Origin: the human T2T-CHM13v2.0 reference genome, Homo sapiens
Strand: one strand, 5' to 3'
Length of the DNA: 64,000 nt
NCBI RefSeq assembly: GCF_009914755.1
Contig: NC_060934.1
Part shown: positions 15,031-32,949 of the stretch, piece by piece
Layout of the letters: each line of letters opens with the position of its first letter
Numbering within the stretch: position 1 is the first letter of the stretch
Position numbers and translations under genes: made by a program
The notes under the pieces: generated by a model
Told to the model about the DNA's origin: nothing
Databases searched by the model: none
What the model saw: only the letters and a program-made list of their open reading frames with translations

Positions 15031-15969
15031 AGTGGAATGCAAAGATTGGTGAACTAAGAAATTTCTTAAAATAAACATTTAAAATTAGTAAAATTTTCAA
15101 AAAATATAAGAATAGATTGGAGAAGAAAAAATTCAGGTAACATTTTCAAAAAAGATGTCAAGAAAAGGGTATAATCAAAATACATTAATGTAAGAAAACA
15201 GAGTAAGAAGAGAGTGAGTAGAGACTCAGCTACAGGAATATATTTGGAGAAGAAAAATTATTGGAAACAAAATTGGGAATGGAAACCAGATGGCAAGGCC
15301 TAAAAAGAATAAGTAAAAGGAGACAAAAAAAACATATTCTTCACTTAAAAGTCTGGTAGAATGTGAAGGTTTTTCCATGATGGGCAGAATTGCACATGCT
15401 TACAATAACAGAAGGTCAAGGAAAAAAGGAAAAGTGCCTGGGATGTGAAAAAAAAAAAAGTATTCAATGAGAAGAGGCCTCTTGATTTGGTTCTGGGATT
15501 TATTTTATCAAAAAATCTATGTAGTTTCCCAAACATCTGGTGCTAAAAATTAAGGCAATTTATTGTGGAAATTAAGAGGCCAAGAAGGGATGTACAAGGT
15601 TTAGAGGAAACGAGGAGGGAAGCCCTTATTTCAAACTGGAGGGGAAATTTTTTCCTCTATAATTTCTTTCTGTTTCAAAATAAAAGTAGATTTTTAAAGA
15701 ACCCAAGAAGTCTCACAGTTAAATAAAAAGTCTATCTACACTGGACATTTGTAAGTAAAATGAAACCTAACTCTGAAGTAGTGGGGAGGGGAGACAGAAC
15801 ACATGGTGTGTTAAACTAGCATGTGGTGAATGAGACTATGACCATGAGGCCTAGGGAAAAACATCCCAAAGAATAGACATGGGGAGTATGATAGGGAATC
15901 AGAATGAAGAAGGGATGCTATGCAGGAGTCTTGCTCTTAGCTTTGCTGCAGGGGTAGCATTACTTTTCT

Positions 15970-16287
15970 GTTTTTTTTTTTTTAGATAGGGTCTTGCTCT
16001 GCCCCCTAGGCTGGAGTGTACTGGAGTAAACACAGCTCACTGCAGCCTTGAGCTCCTAGGTTCAAGACCTCCTGGGTTCAAGAGATCCTTCTGCCTCAAT
16101 CTCTCATGTAGCTGGGACCACAGTCACATGCCACCATACCTGGCTAATTTATTTATTAATGCTTTTTGTAGAGATGGGTGTCTCACTTTGTTGCTCAGGC
16201 TGGTCTCGAACTCCTGAGCTCAAGCAATCCTCCCACCACAGCCTCCCAAAGTGTTGAATTACTGACATGAGCCACTGCACTCAGCCA
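15970..16287 (-). mobile_element. AluJ, full length, with TSD
   Basis: J diagnostics (cacagctcactgcagcc, gctcaagcaatcctcccacc); TSD agcattacttttc / agcattatttttc. Confidence 0.92.
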
Positions 16288-17156
16288 GCATTATTTTTCA
16301 TGAAACAAGACTACAGGGTAACAGTACCTCCCATAAAATTGCCCTGGAGAGTGATATGTTCTGACCCATCCTCCCAGGTTTGTAGTTAAGTGATATGACA
16401 GCTACCACCTTTAGTTCATGTATAGCTCTATGGGGTGTGGGACAGAGCCATGGGGGTTTGTTTGTTTTAATTTGATTTTCTCGTATTTTAATTAACATCA
16501 AGGTCTTAGACAGAGTGAAAGGGTTAACTGGGTCTAATTGTATTACATTGGCACAGCAGTAGATTAAAATAAATCAGATTCCTAGGTTTAGAGCTCAACG
16601 TGTCAGTAGAACATTTTCCACAAATGTACTGAAGACACCAAAACCACTGTTAATTCTCACCATGCTACTTCGGTAGAGTTTGAGGAAACAAATTATATTT
16701 TCCTAATTTCCCCAGAAAAACTGCTTTCATTACTCACTGGGTCAGCTTAATAAGATCTTAATATGATCTTTTAATAGGCATCATTTTTATGAGCCTGGGG
16801 TGGAATATTTTTAGCTATAGTAACTCAGAGTTCTTGAATTTTTTTCCCACCAAAATCCTTTAAACAAGGACAAGAGTTAAAATGTCACTAGCACCAAGAG
16901 AAGGAGCATGTGTTTGGTTATAAGTGGTTATCCACATGAAAACTATTTATCTGAAATCTTAAGTTATAATTTTTAAACATTGTGATAATTCAATATTGTA
17001 TTACATGATATAATTTTTGTTATTTTAATGTAAAAATAATATTGTAAATTATTTCATTTTCTGCCAAGTTAACAAGTGATGTAGGCCTTTTTCACAAATG
17101 TATTTCAAATCTCATAAATGAAAAGGATCTTTAAGATCATCTTCATACAAAATTCC

Positions 17157-17465
17157 CTATTTATTTATTTATTTATTTATTGGAGAAGGAATCTCGCTTT
17201 GTCGCCCAGGCTGGAGCAGTGGCGCAATCTCGGCTCACTGCAAACTCTGCCTCCCTGGTTCAAGGGATTCTCCTGCCTCAGCTTCTTGAGTAGCTGGGAT
17301 TACAGGTGCCTGCCACCACGCCTGGCTAATTTTTGTATTGTTTTTAATAGAGACAAGGTTTCACCATGTTGGCCAGGCTGGTCTTGAACTCCTGACCTCA
17401 GGCGATCCGCCCGCCTCGGCCTCCTAGAGTGCTGGGATTACAGGCATGAGCCACTGTGCCTGGCC
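17157..17465 (-). mobile_element. Alu (AluSx-like), (TTTA)n tail, apparently inserted in a MIR remnant
   Basis: Full reverse-complement Alu; MIR-like right flank (gagtaacttgaccagtgtcacaaaactaagt). Confidence 0.93.
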
Positions 17466-18866
17466 AAAACTCACTTTATAAAGTGAGTTTCTCAGTGGGT
17501 GAGTAACTTGACCAGTGTCACAAAACTAAGTTACATTAAATTAAGGATCAGAAACAAATCCTATTAATGCAAAAACCATTTTAAGTTTTACTTAAAAATT
17601 TCAGCCTCAAAATAAGAGTTTCAATAAATTAATTATGTATTTCAGATGTAAAAATTACAGTCAGATAAAACAAAATTATGAGATGTCATTATTATTCACT
17701 ATTATGGAATAAATATGAGGTTGATGCTTTCTGGGTTTCTAAACTTTGGCTATTAGAGAATTTTAGGAACATAGACTCAACGATTTGTAAAAGGATACAG
17801 AATTCTGCTGTCCCTATTCTATGCAATGTAAAATGACACAAGAACATTCTAAACAAGATTTCCCCAGCTTCATTGGTAGTGCTTTCATGCTGCACTGTAT
17901 TTATATCCTGTTCAAGCACTGAGGTCCAGGAAAGCAATTCAATGATTATATTTCTTAAAGTTTCAATACTAAAAACAAAATTGAACTGAGCATATGCACT
18001 TGTGATTTATTCACTAACCTTTTGCTAATAAAATATTAAACCTATTTCTTTGGTCATGAAATTTTACACCCCCAAAATAAATTTGCAAAGCTGAGAAATA
18101 TACTAACTTCAACAGTATAATTTTCATGGATTCTTTATTCAACAATTTTTTTTTAACAGTAATTCCTAAAGCTTTTGTCAAAAGATATTTTCAATAATAA
18201 GATAAGCACTCTTAACTTTTTTGTGTATGTCTGAGGTGTGGGGGACAGGAGCTAGCATTTTCTGCTTATTCAAATACTGGATTTTTATCACGTCTTGAGT
18301 ACCCATTTGTACTTAAGGGAAAATAAAATACATTGACAATCTTGAATACTGTTTACTCTCTGCTAAGTTGATAAGGAATCCACTTCTGTCAGTTGCTTCT
18401 GGGTTCCTCAAGGGTCTCAATTTTTATCACTCTGTAGAGGCCAGGTAAAAATGATTGTGTGTGACAGAATGCTAGATAAACATTTTTTCTCAACAGAAAA
18501 TAAGGACATTGGTCTCATTTAACTCCTTTAACTTCAGCCTACTCATCTATAAAGTGTAAATTTCAGGATGTATTACTGCATTGCATAATGTTGTAATAAT
18601 TAATCAAGCTATGTATATAAAAAAGATTTAAAAGCTGTTATGCAAGATCAAGTGTAAGGCATTTTAAAAAGAATTATGTGAAATGGCTTTGTGATATTTC
18701 TTGTTGCTATGAATCTTAATCATTGAGAAATAAAAAAGCTGAGGCAAATTTGAATAAAGCGATATTATGTGGTTCATGTATCACCATTCCCAAGTATCCT
18801 GGAGCCTCCAACAGTAATGTAAGGAAGATATTTTTTCTGTGAAACACACCAAGTAAATGGCGGATG

Positions 18867-19957
<1,091 letters not shown>

Positions 19958-20005
19958 TAGTGGCTCAAGACCAGGGTAGTGACTGCACCCCAGGAGCAGT
20001 TGCTA

Positions 20006-20007
<2 letters not shown>

Positions 20008-20046
<39 letters not shown>

Positions 20047-20275
20047 AGACGGACTTTCGCTCTTGTTGCCCAGGCTGGAGTGCAACGGCGTGATCTCGGC
20101 TCACTGCAACCTGCAGAGTTGGGTTCAAGCTATTCTGCTGCCTCAGCCTCCCGAGTAGATGGGATTACAGACATGCGCCATCACACCCGGCTAATTTTGT
20201 ATTTTTAGTAGAGACGGGGTTTCTCCATGTTGGTCAGGCTGGTTTCCAACTCCCGACCTCTGGTGATAAACCCGC
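20008..20275 (-). mobile_element. Alu (AluSp-like), 5'-truncated, long poly-T
   Basis: Sp diagnostics (ttcgctcttgttgccc, tttctccatgttggtcagg); flanks gctatcttt / gctattttt act as TSD. Confidence 0.9.
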
Positions 20276-21136
20276 TATTTTTTTTTTTTTTTTTTTGCCC
20301 CCGAAGCTCATTTCAGTTTGATTACCAAATCCTCATAAAAAGGAGCAAAGCATGTATCTATGAATAATTCTTTAAAAATCCACTTGGGAACTTTTCAAAA
20401 AAAAACACAGTTCACTAAAATTCCAACATAAAAAAACACAAAGTCCCTTCTGCAAATTTTCATAATTAACCTTATGCTTCCAACTAATAGCAACTTTGTA
20501 AATTTTTATGACAGGGAAGATCAGAAGTTTTTCTTTTTAGACTATTTTTAACAAAGCTGTTTGTATAATTTTGCAGTTGAACATGCTTTTTAGATGTGAC
20601 AATTCTTACACTTAGAATGAATGCCATTTTATTAAAGCATGTGAATTTACAAAATTTGGTATTGGCCTCAACATTTTCCCACATTTGAGAGTCTTTCCTA
20701 AGGGAAGACTGACAAAAATTGAAAACGGTTAAAAATGTTTATTTTATTTTTTTTTTAAGGCTTCCATTACATTAATTTGAGGGCTTATGTTAGGGTGAGA
20801 CAAAAGGAGACAAAGGTGAGAATAAGGGGCAATTAGTGCTGACAGCCTTTTGGAGGATGCAGAGCCCTCTGGCCTCACACAACACAACAGAGGCCTGGAA
20901 AAGGGACCAGGCAATTGTGGCATGGGATTATGTATTTCTAGTCTTCTTTATTTGCAAACATAAGTGAGACAGAGGGAGATCTTTGCAGCCATTTATATAT
21001 GAAATGCTGAGGCTGCTGAGAGCAAGGACAAAGCATTAGACCTCATGCTTGTGGGGTTGCTTCAGGGTTTAGTATTTCACAATCATGTCAAGCCAGGGCT
21101 CTGCCTGGAATGTGTGTTTTATAATGATGGGTTCAA

Positions 21137-21311
21137 GAGCTAGCAGGATAAATAGCTAATGCATGGGGGCTTAATATCTAGGTGATGGGTTGATAGGTGC
21201 AGCAAACCACCATGGCACACGTTTACCTATGCAACAAACCTGCATGTCTTGCACGTGTATCCCAGACCTTAAAATTAAATTAGATTAAATTAAAAATGAA
21301 GAAAAAAAAAA
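21137..21311 (+). mobile_element. L1PA-type extreme 3' end fragment with A tail
   Basis: ggtgatgggttgataggtgcagcaaaccaccatggcacacgtttacctatg...aaacctgcatgtcttgcac. Confidence 0.88.
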
Positions 21312-21581
21312 GACCATGGATATGAAGGCGAGGTAGTGGCTGACATGACTTGTTCATTTGTGTTGTCGCATCACATTAACTTTTTTAACATTAATAAACT
21401 TTTATTTGAGAATAGTCTTAGATACACAGAGAAGTTGCAAGAATGTTCCCATATGCCTGCACTTAGTTTCCCCTAGAGTTAAGATTGCTTTAGTGCATAT
21501 GTCATACAAATGAACAAATATTCAACATTATTATTACCTGAAGTCCATATTTCATTGTGATTTCTGTGCTATTTATCTAAT

Positions 21582-21899
<318 letters not shown>

Positions 21900-23566
21900 T
21901 AACGTCCTTTTTATGTTGCAGGATTCTATTCAAGATATCACGTCACATATATTTGTCATGTGTCTTTAGGCTTCTCTAGACTCAGAATTTCTCAGCGTTC
22001 AATTGTTTTTATGACCTTGATAGTTTTAAGGAGTGTTGGTCAGCTATTTTGACAAATGTCAATCAGTTTGATTTGTGTGATGATTTTCTTATAGTTAGAC
22101 AAAAATTATGTGTCTTAGGAAGGCCACAGAGGTAAAATGTTATTTGCATCACATCATGTCAAGGGTACATGCTATCAATATGAATTATTACTGGTATGTT
22201 AACCTTGTTCACTTGGTGGAGGTAGTATTTGTCCATTTTCTCTACCCTAATGTTACTCATTTTTTTTCCTCTTTTCATATTGTAGTCACTAGAAGAAAAT
22301 CACTATGTGAATCCCACACTTCAGGAGTGGAGAGTTACATTTTACCTCCTTGAAACTGAAGAATCTACATCAAATTTTTCTGTATGGGAGACTTGTCTAT
22401 TCTCTCTTATTTATTTATTTATTTAATCCTTCATGTATAGCAGTATGAACTCACAGATATTTATTTTATACTTTGTTATAATACAATACTATGTTACTTA
22501 TTTTGTTGCTCAAATTCTTCCAGCTTCAGCTATTAGGGTCTCTTACACTTGGCTCCTATGCCCCATTGACTGACCCCCATAATTTCATTTTTTTGAGCAC
22601 TTTCTTACTTCATGGCACTTTAAGGTACTCCATGCTCATTTTGTTTATTTCCCACCTCACGCCAGCCCTAGAATCAATCATTTCTCTGAGGAGATTGGGT
22701 TCCTTTTATTGGAGAAGGTATTAGAAAAGAAGATATGGGTGAAGGGTGTGTTTGTTGTGACTAGTGTGTCATTGCTTCTAGTCCCTCTCAGAGGACAGAA
22801 AAAGAAAATATATAGTTACATATGAGCCTGTGTGTACACATGTATTTATGAATTTTTTATATGTTTTCAACTGTATATATAAAAAAGCTGACCTTGTGTT
22901 CATGCTGATGTCTCCAACTCTAATCCATTATCATGTTTCATTCTAGCCTTCAGCCCTTGCTTGTCTGTCACCTTCCACTCCAATATGACTGTCACCATTC
23001 ACCATCCATTTACTTAAATTCCAGAATACATGTGTGATTTCAGAGCTGTTAACCTATATCCCCATGGTCAGAGTACTTTATCAACTAGAGTACAGTGCTT
23101 ATGCTCAGTTCCTTTCATCTTTCATTTTACAGTTTCTACTTATTTCCAAAGTTACTGAGATCAGAACCTTTTTCACTAACTCCCCTCTGTGAGGTGATGC
23201 CGTGTGTTTGTAATACAGTTCGATTCTCCCATTACAGTGTGCATTCCATAAATCTCCTAACTTATTGTTTCAAATTTGCATACATTAGCACTCATTCTTT
23301 ATGATGTAATGTTCTATGTGTTTTGACAAATTCAAAGTATAATTTTGTGCACCACTACAATGGCATACAGAATAATTTCACAACCCTATAAAATTTCCTG
23401 TACTTCCCCAATTCCACCCTCCCCCAACCCTCAATTCCTGGCAACCACAGACTTGTTTCCTATCTCTACAGTTTTCCTATTTCCAGCATGTCACATGAAT
23501 GAAATCATAAAGTATATAGCCTTTCCAGATTGGTTTCTTTCACTTAGCAGCATATATTAAAATTCA

Positions 23567-24040
<474 letters not shown>

Positions 24041-27000
24041 GCATTGTTCTGTGGATTGAAAGCTCTTTTCATCATGGGATAATATTCCATTGTATAGAAG
24101 TGCCACACTTTGTTTACAAATTCACCTATTGAAGGACATTATTGTTGCTTCCATGTTTTTGCAAGCACAAACAAAGTTGCTAAAAGTATTTACGTGCAGC
24201 TTTTTGTGTGAATGAACATAAATTTTCTATTCAGGTGGATAGATACCTAGGAGTGAAATATTTAATCATATGGTAATACTGTTTTTATCTTTGTAAGAAA
24301 ATGTCAAAATCTCATACAAAGTGTCTGTACCATTTTTCATTCCCACTAGCAATAAAGGAGAGTTTTGGTTGCTCTGCATCCTAGACAGCAGTTGGTATTG
24401 TCATAGGTTTGGATTTTAGCATTCTGATAGGTTTGTGGTTATATTCAGTGATGTTTTAATTTGCATATCTATAATAACATATAGTATTGAACATCTTTCA
24501 TATGATCATTTGCCATCTGTGTATCTTTCTTGTTGAGGTGTCTATTCAGATCTTTGTACCCATTTACTAACTGGGTTGTTTGTTTTCTTAGAGTTGAGTG
24601 TTAACAGTTCTTTGTACATTCTAGATGCAAGTATTCTATCAAGCGTGTATTTTGAAAATACTTTCCATTTGTAGCTTGTCTTTTCATTCCCTTAGCAGTG
24701 TATTTTGCAAAGCAAATTTAATTTTTATTTTTTAAAAATTTAAAGTTTAACCTATCAATTTTTTCTTTCATGGACTATGTTTTAGGTGTTGTACCAGTAA
24801 CATCTTCAAACTCCAGTTCATGCAAATTTTCTCCTAGATTTTCATCTAGAGGTTTTATAGTTTTGCATTTCACATTTAGGTTTCTGATTCATTTCAAGTG
24901 AAGTTTTGTGTTAGGATGTAAGGTCTCTGTTCTGGTTCATTGTTTTATATACATAGGCCAATTTCAATTTTTGAAAAGATCTTTTTTACATGCACCTATT
25001 TTTTTTGTGCCTATGTCAACAATTAGTTGACAATATTTATGAGTGTGTTTCTGTTCCATTGATCAACATGTCTGTTCTTTTGCCAATATAATGCTGGCTT
25101 TAAGATATTTATAGTGGATTTAAGATAAATTTTGAAGTCAGGTAATGTGAACTTTTCAATTTTCTTCTTTTTTAGAATTATATTGGCTAGTCTAAGAGCT
25201 GTACCTGAATATATACATTCTAGAATCAGTTTGGCAATATCTAGAAAATAACTTGCTGGAATTTGAATTTGGATTTATTTGAGTCTGCAAAGTTGAGAGA
25301 CATTGACGGATTTTTTCCTCTAGGGAATTACTTCCCACTGGAGACTAACCTTTTTTCTTTTCTCTTTTTTTGAAGGACATGTCTAGGCCAGTTTCAAGAG
25401 TGGTATTCTTTGCTCCACCAACATCCATTTCCCCCACTTACCCCAGACAGAACCATGACGGAATCAAATCCTTACCATGAAACATGCGGGATTCCCGGAA
25501 TTAAAGCTTATACACATGTGTACCGGGAAGTCCCTTATGACTTTAGCACACAGCTCTTTCTCAGTCTTAACATAGTTTACATCCAGCTTCCAGTAATTCA
25601 CCAAAATAATTTTTTAAGTGTTTCTATCATCTTAAGGATTTCAGCAGCTTTTTCTCCAACTAAGCAATTTTCATTAGCTGTGTTTCTCTAGATTACTTGT
25701 CTCTCCAGATTTGGGGCAGCAATCTCTGTTCTCTGATGAATTCCAGAAACGTTGTTGATTTTCAGTTTGTCCAGTTTTTTTCTCCCTTAAAGGATGATAG
25801 AGATGACTTCAAAGCTCTTTACATACTGGAGCTGAAACCAGAAGCCCCATTATGTTAACTTTTGCCTATCTCCACCTTAAAATGGTTTAACACATGCGCG
25901 TACCTTCCCCCACCACCAAAATAATGCTATTCAAGATACAGCCATTTTCTATTTTATAGAATTTCTAATTTGTAGTGATGTTCTCTATCAACTTTAATAA
26001 TCATAGTATTGGTGACAGTAAAGTGAAACTAAGTAAAATATCCTTGTTTTTCTATGGAATGAATGAAAATACAGATAAAGCAGCTGACTTATGTGAGATC
26101 ATACAGCCAGAATATAGCAGAAATAAGTAATTATTTCAGAAGACCGAAATGCCACTTTTTCAAACATGGGGAAAAAAACTAGCTTATTATTAGAATTATC
26201 TTCGTTCTATCATGTCATATAAATTCTAATTCCTTTTTACAAAAATAAATACAAACTGAAATCATAATTTTCCTAGGTCTTACAATGAACAAGTACCATT
26301 ACTTGATAGTCATATCCCACACATAATAAGGTGGCTTTTTAAAAGTTTATTTTGCAGTTACTGCACCAACTGAAACATAATAGTGTAGGTTAAATATTTA
26401 GGGGGCTAAGGGAGATAATCACCGTTGGTTTATAGTGGCAGAAATTCATTCATTATTTAAACTGTTTACTTTTCCCTGATTCTGAATTGCTGTGGATTGT
26501 CCTCTGGTGTCTAGATGTAGATTGCAGGATGAAATACTGAGGTTTAAATTCAGATCTTGGCAATGTTTGTAGAGAAAATTGAATCCACATCACATTCGGA
26601 AGTTCAAGCCCCCGAGTGCCTGGATATCACAGCTTTTGTATAGAATTGGGGAATAAGCAATCTTGTTTATGGTCCTAATTTATCATGGCAATGCTTTGGC
26701 GCAATTGTAAGAGATCTTCCAGTTAGCACTTCACCCAGAATAGTAAAAGTTCTTCTACACTTTGAAGTAAATGGTACCATTTGACATTTCTTTTAGTATT
26801 TTTGCTCTAGTCCAGTGTTCGCATCAGGTTAGCATAACTTCTAAACTTATAGAGGGGCTACCTCAGACAGTTCAGAAGTACCATATATCAGTATCAAGTT
26901 CAAGGTGTAAGCTCCAGGTCTGGCTATGATTGTATCCTAGTGCACCACTCAGTGCCTGGCACATAGTCTGAATGTAATATATATTTTTTTGAATTATTGG

Positions 27001-27160
27001 GCACAGCAGACATCATCTAAAAACCTCATTTTATCTCATTTCTAGCACGAAGTTCATGAATAGTTTTTAAATATCTTTAGGTAAAGTCTTTGTTCCACGA
27101 AGATAGAATGTAAGCTATAGTCCTAGTCTTCTAGATATTTACACTCAGATTAGAGCATAA

Positions 27161-27981
<821 letters not shown>

Positions 27982-30072
27982 CTACTTTAAAATATCATAA
28001 TAATCAGTTTTAAGCTTCCTTGTCAACTACCTTTTTCTATTGCATACGTCCTGAGCATTAAAGCCTCAAAAGTAATTATTACTATAGGAGAAAGACAAAG
28101 AATCAATATCCGTATTAGACTTTCAAAAGAAGATGCATAAAACACAAGTCCATTTCAGAGACTAAAGTTGAGAAAGCCAAGGATTATGTAGAGGAAATTT
28201 TGTTATGGTTGTTTTTATGTTTTTGTTTTGTCGCTGTTGTTTTATAGCTCAAAAGGCAAAATTCCAAAGGAAAATGCTAATCGGTAAGCAAGAGACTGAA
28301 TAGAGGAAAAGAGATGAGGAAGAACTCCCAGGAAAGCATTAAGATTGCCCTGGTGCAGTGAAATGGAGGGGGTCTGATAGACGTGCTGGAGTGGAACATG
28401 GAGAAGTAGAGAGCATCTGTGAACCACCCAGCCACCGCCTGAGTGAATAGCATCTGTGCCGAGCACCAGGAATAGGCACGAGAGCCAAGCCATTGCTCTA
28501 GGACAAACTGAGCTCACTGGGAACCCTAGCAGGAATCTCTGCGGAAGAGGTTTACTATCATCTGCCATTCTCATTACTGTTCAAAGAAGGTATTCTATAC
28601 ACAATTTTGTTAGTACTTATCATTTCAATTTCAGTAACCTTTCCCTGTACCAAGAGCTTTGTAAGCCAGTCTGGACTCTCCTGTGTGGTGATTTTGCTTA
28701 AATAGGGAACTGAGTGCAAGATACTCAGAGGGAGAAATTGTGGTTAAAAAGGAAAAGAGTGGCCTATCAACTCTGTCACCTCTGCTTTACCACTTAATCA
28801 GTTATGTTCATTATTCTGAATAAGCTTTAATTTTCTGTTAGGTTAAATTAGTTAAACCATTCCCATCCTCAGATGGGACAATGACAAAAACCATCTCCAA
28901 TGTGTAGCTATACAATCTCTACGTATCATAACAATATGATACGCTGAGAAAAACTGAGTATCTTCTCTCCACTTCTTCCTGTCCACTCAAAATTTAAAAA
29001 CGTGTAAGGGTTCAAGAGTTCCACTAGATAGTATATTAATATGATGGCATTAGTAGCATGATTTACTGATATTTTGAAGAATATATATTAATATAGGTTT
29101 CATTAACAATAAATAAGTTATTGTATACTTAATAACTTAGCAAAGTGTTTGTCATTTAGTATCAATTAATGCTAATTACAACTCCTCTCCCATTTCCCAA
29201 CAAAGACATGGAGAGGAAATAAGCCAATGCAATAAAGGAAATCCTAATCAAAGGTTAGGTTATTTGGGAAAGAGAAAGAGCAGGTGTCAAAAGATTTCCC
29301 TCCTTAGCAAAATTGGTGCACCTGCAATGAAACCAATCTTTTTATTTGGACCTTCTTCATAATCTACACTGGGCCAGACTGACTGGGCTGCCATGCATTA
29401 ACTGTAGAAACAGATGAAACAAATAAATTGTGTGTATCACGGTCTGTTTCATATGCTTAGGAATCAGCTACTCTTCCAGAGAACAATGCATCTCAAATTA
29501 AAAAAATGTTATGTTTTAAGTGGAATTCATCTCAGAAGTGCCATTTCCCCAATGGCACATCCTAAACAGGTGGCACTCATTTTCCATTACCCTTCAGAAC
29601 TCACCAAAAACATCATAACATTTCAATTGAGCTGTAGTTGAGAATAAATGTCCATTTTATTATCTCTTTAAGCATTAGTGGATGAGCAAGGAGAGGAAAA
29701 TTTAACTGTCTGCTCTTTTCTTTTTATAGCCTCTGACAGAAGCAGAACCCCAACCAACTGATGGACAGTGGCACAAAGGGGCACTAAAGTTATATTAGGA
29801 ATGTTTGCATCTTATTATTCAGGCTCCATCTCGAGCAGATGGCTCAGCGTCTTCAAAGGGGATTTAGAGCATTGCAGAGCAGGATGGCAGTGCAGCAGCC
29901 CAGGTAAAGGAAGATCTGTGAGAAGTCCAAGTCACACAAGATCTGTGAAGAACAAAAGTCTACTCAAGTGTTATTCATAATTATTTAATGTGCTTGGCTA
30001 AAGTAATGGTTCTATCATTGGGATTGTCCTAGAGAGTCATGCATAACATACACAACTTAAAGATGAATTATA

Positions 30073-30270
<198 letters not shown>

Positions 30271-30275
30271 ATTAG

Positions 30276-30575
<300 letters not shown>

Positions 30576-32514
30576 TAGATAACAATCTTTAACCTACTGC
30601 ATGGGTGACAGATGCCTTTGCCGGAGTCTAGTACACTCAATAATGGTTCAGAGGCAGTGGTAGTAGTAATGGGAGCAGACTGGGGAAAATCCAGACATCG
30701 TTTTTCTCATCACCACTTCCCATTAATAAAAAAAATTAAAAAAGAAAACCCTGGCATCTGGCCAGGCCCCTTATTCTGAAGAATTATGCTCAGTTATAGG
30801 CCTTTAACAGAAGTAGATTGGCTGCTAAAATTTGAAAAAGTCTCAAGCCCAATTTAAGACATTTGGAGTTTATCTTAGAGGAATGTCCTTTAAAAATATT
30901 ACAATCCTGAACATTTACTATATTCTACTACTACGGAAGCCTGTCACCTCTGTGGGTTCTGTTTTAGCACTTATTGGTTATGATCACTATACACTGGATA
31001 TGTTTCTGTTTTTTCATCTATATGTGAAAGATTAAAAATAGTACAACTCCTATTGTGATTGCTACTGCTAAATGGTTTTGTTCACATAAAGTACTTCGCA
31101 GAGTGACAGACCTATAAAAATGCTATTGTTATTATTATTACTAGCTATTAAAAACATTCTATGCTTCTACAAAAGATGTCTTTTTAACAGTCAGTTAATT
31201 TTATTCCTGGTGTCAATCAGAGTCCTAACTAAAGTTAGCCAGTCATTTATGAATGTTGTGTTGTCCCTGTGGATATTTTAAAAATTAATATGCTAATTCT
31301 AATTTGTGTATTTTTAAGATTCTATGTGTTTTTCCAATATGGTTAGAGTTTTATAATGCAAAGTTGCAATTGTACTCTATGGCTTAGTAAAGCCTCCAAG
31401 GATATCAGAGCGATGTGTGTGTATGTTTGTGTGCATGTGATAGTTTTTATGTCCAATGTAGAATTTTAAATGTATCTCTCCCAGGAGAGGATAAAAATAA
31501 ATGAAAACACAACCATAGTTAGTAGACTTGGCTAAAGAGAGATATGGCCAGAAATGGAGTTTTGTGATCTGCCCTTCCCAATGCAGGCCATCATGGAGTA
31601 TACAAACCAATTTTATTCCACTGGGGAAGACCTGAAGCAACTTTGTGAAAGATGCCACCTATGAACCCCATGTATGGTGTGAATCAAAGCAAAGCCTCAG
31701 GGTGACCTAACTACCCTCCTTCCCTCTTTCATCTCATAGGTATGCTCTCCGCAAAGATAGGAGTACCTGTGCAAAGAGATGCAAAGAGAGGAGTATGGCT
31801 CTCAGGAAAAAAGGAGATTGAAAGTAGGGGGAAATATTTACCTTCAGCATTATACAGCAAAGGAAACACTGTGTAAGAGACCCACTGGTAGCTAGGAAAA
31901 AGGAGCCATCTATTCACTCACTGTGTTTTGATGGCCTATTTCTTGCTAATGTCTCCAGTTTCTAGTGGATGCAATGTATGGCAATTTCCATTCTAAAGTG
32001 TTAATAGTGCTTTGAAATGTATTCAGACTTATATGAAATTGAGACAAAGTGTTTCCTTTGTTCATCTCCTCTTCTTTCTCTTCCTTCTCATCCACATATT
32101 TAACTTAGGTTCTAATTCACTAAATCTAACTCAATTTCTGCTCTTCAAATCAGAGCAGAGTCAGGGAAGTGTCTGGAGTGAAATATTCATCATAGAAATA
32201 AAACAATGTTTAATTTATTTTATATTTTATGTCATCAAAGGTGCTTTCAATAGATGTTACTTTTTGTATTCAAAAATTACATATTAAACTGCACATATTT
32301 AATAACTAATAACTATATTTTTATGTAGGATATAGTGTGATATTTTGATACATGTATACAATGTATACAGATCAAATCAGAGTAATTAGCAAATCCATCA
32401 CCTCAGACACTTACTATTTCTTTGTGTTGAGAATGTTAAAAATCCTTTCTTCCAGGTATTTGAAAATATACAATAAATTGTTATCTAGTCACACTTCAGT
32501 CTATAGAACACTAG

Positions 32515-32949
<435 letters not shown>

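Noticed and set aside
20278-20700. Second poly-T after the AluSp as the tail of a processed pseudogene
   Set aside because: No poly(A) signal near the tract on the minus strand, no ORF and no separate TSD; better explained as the T-rich Alu target site
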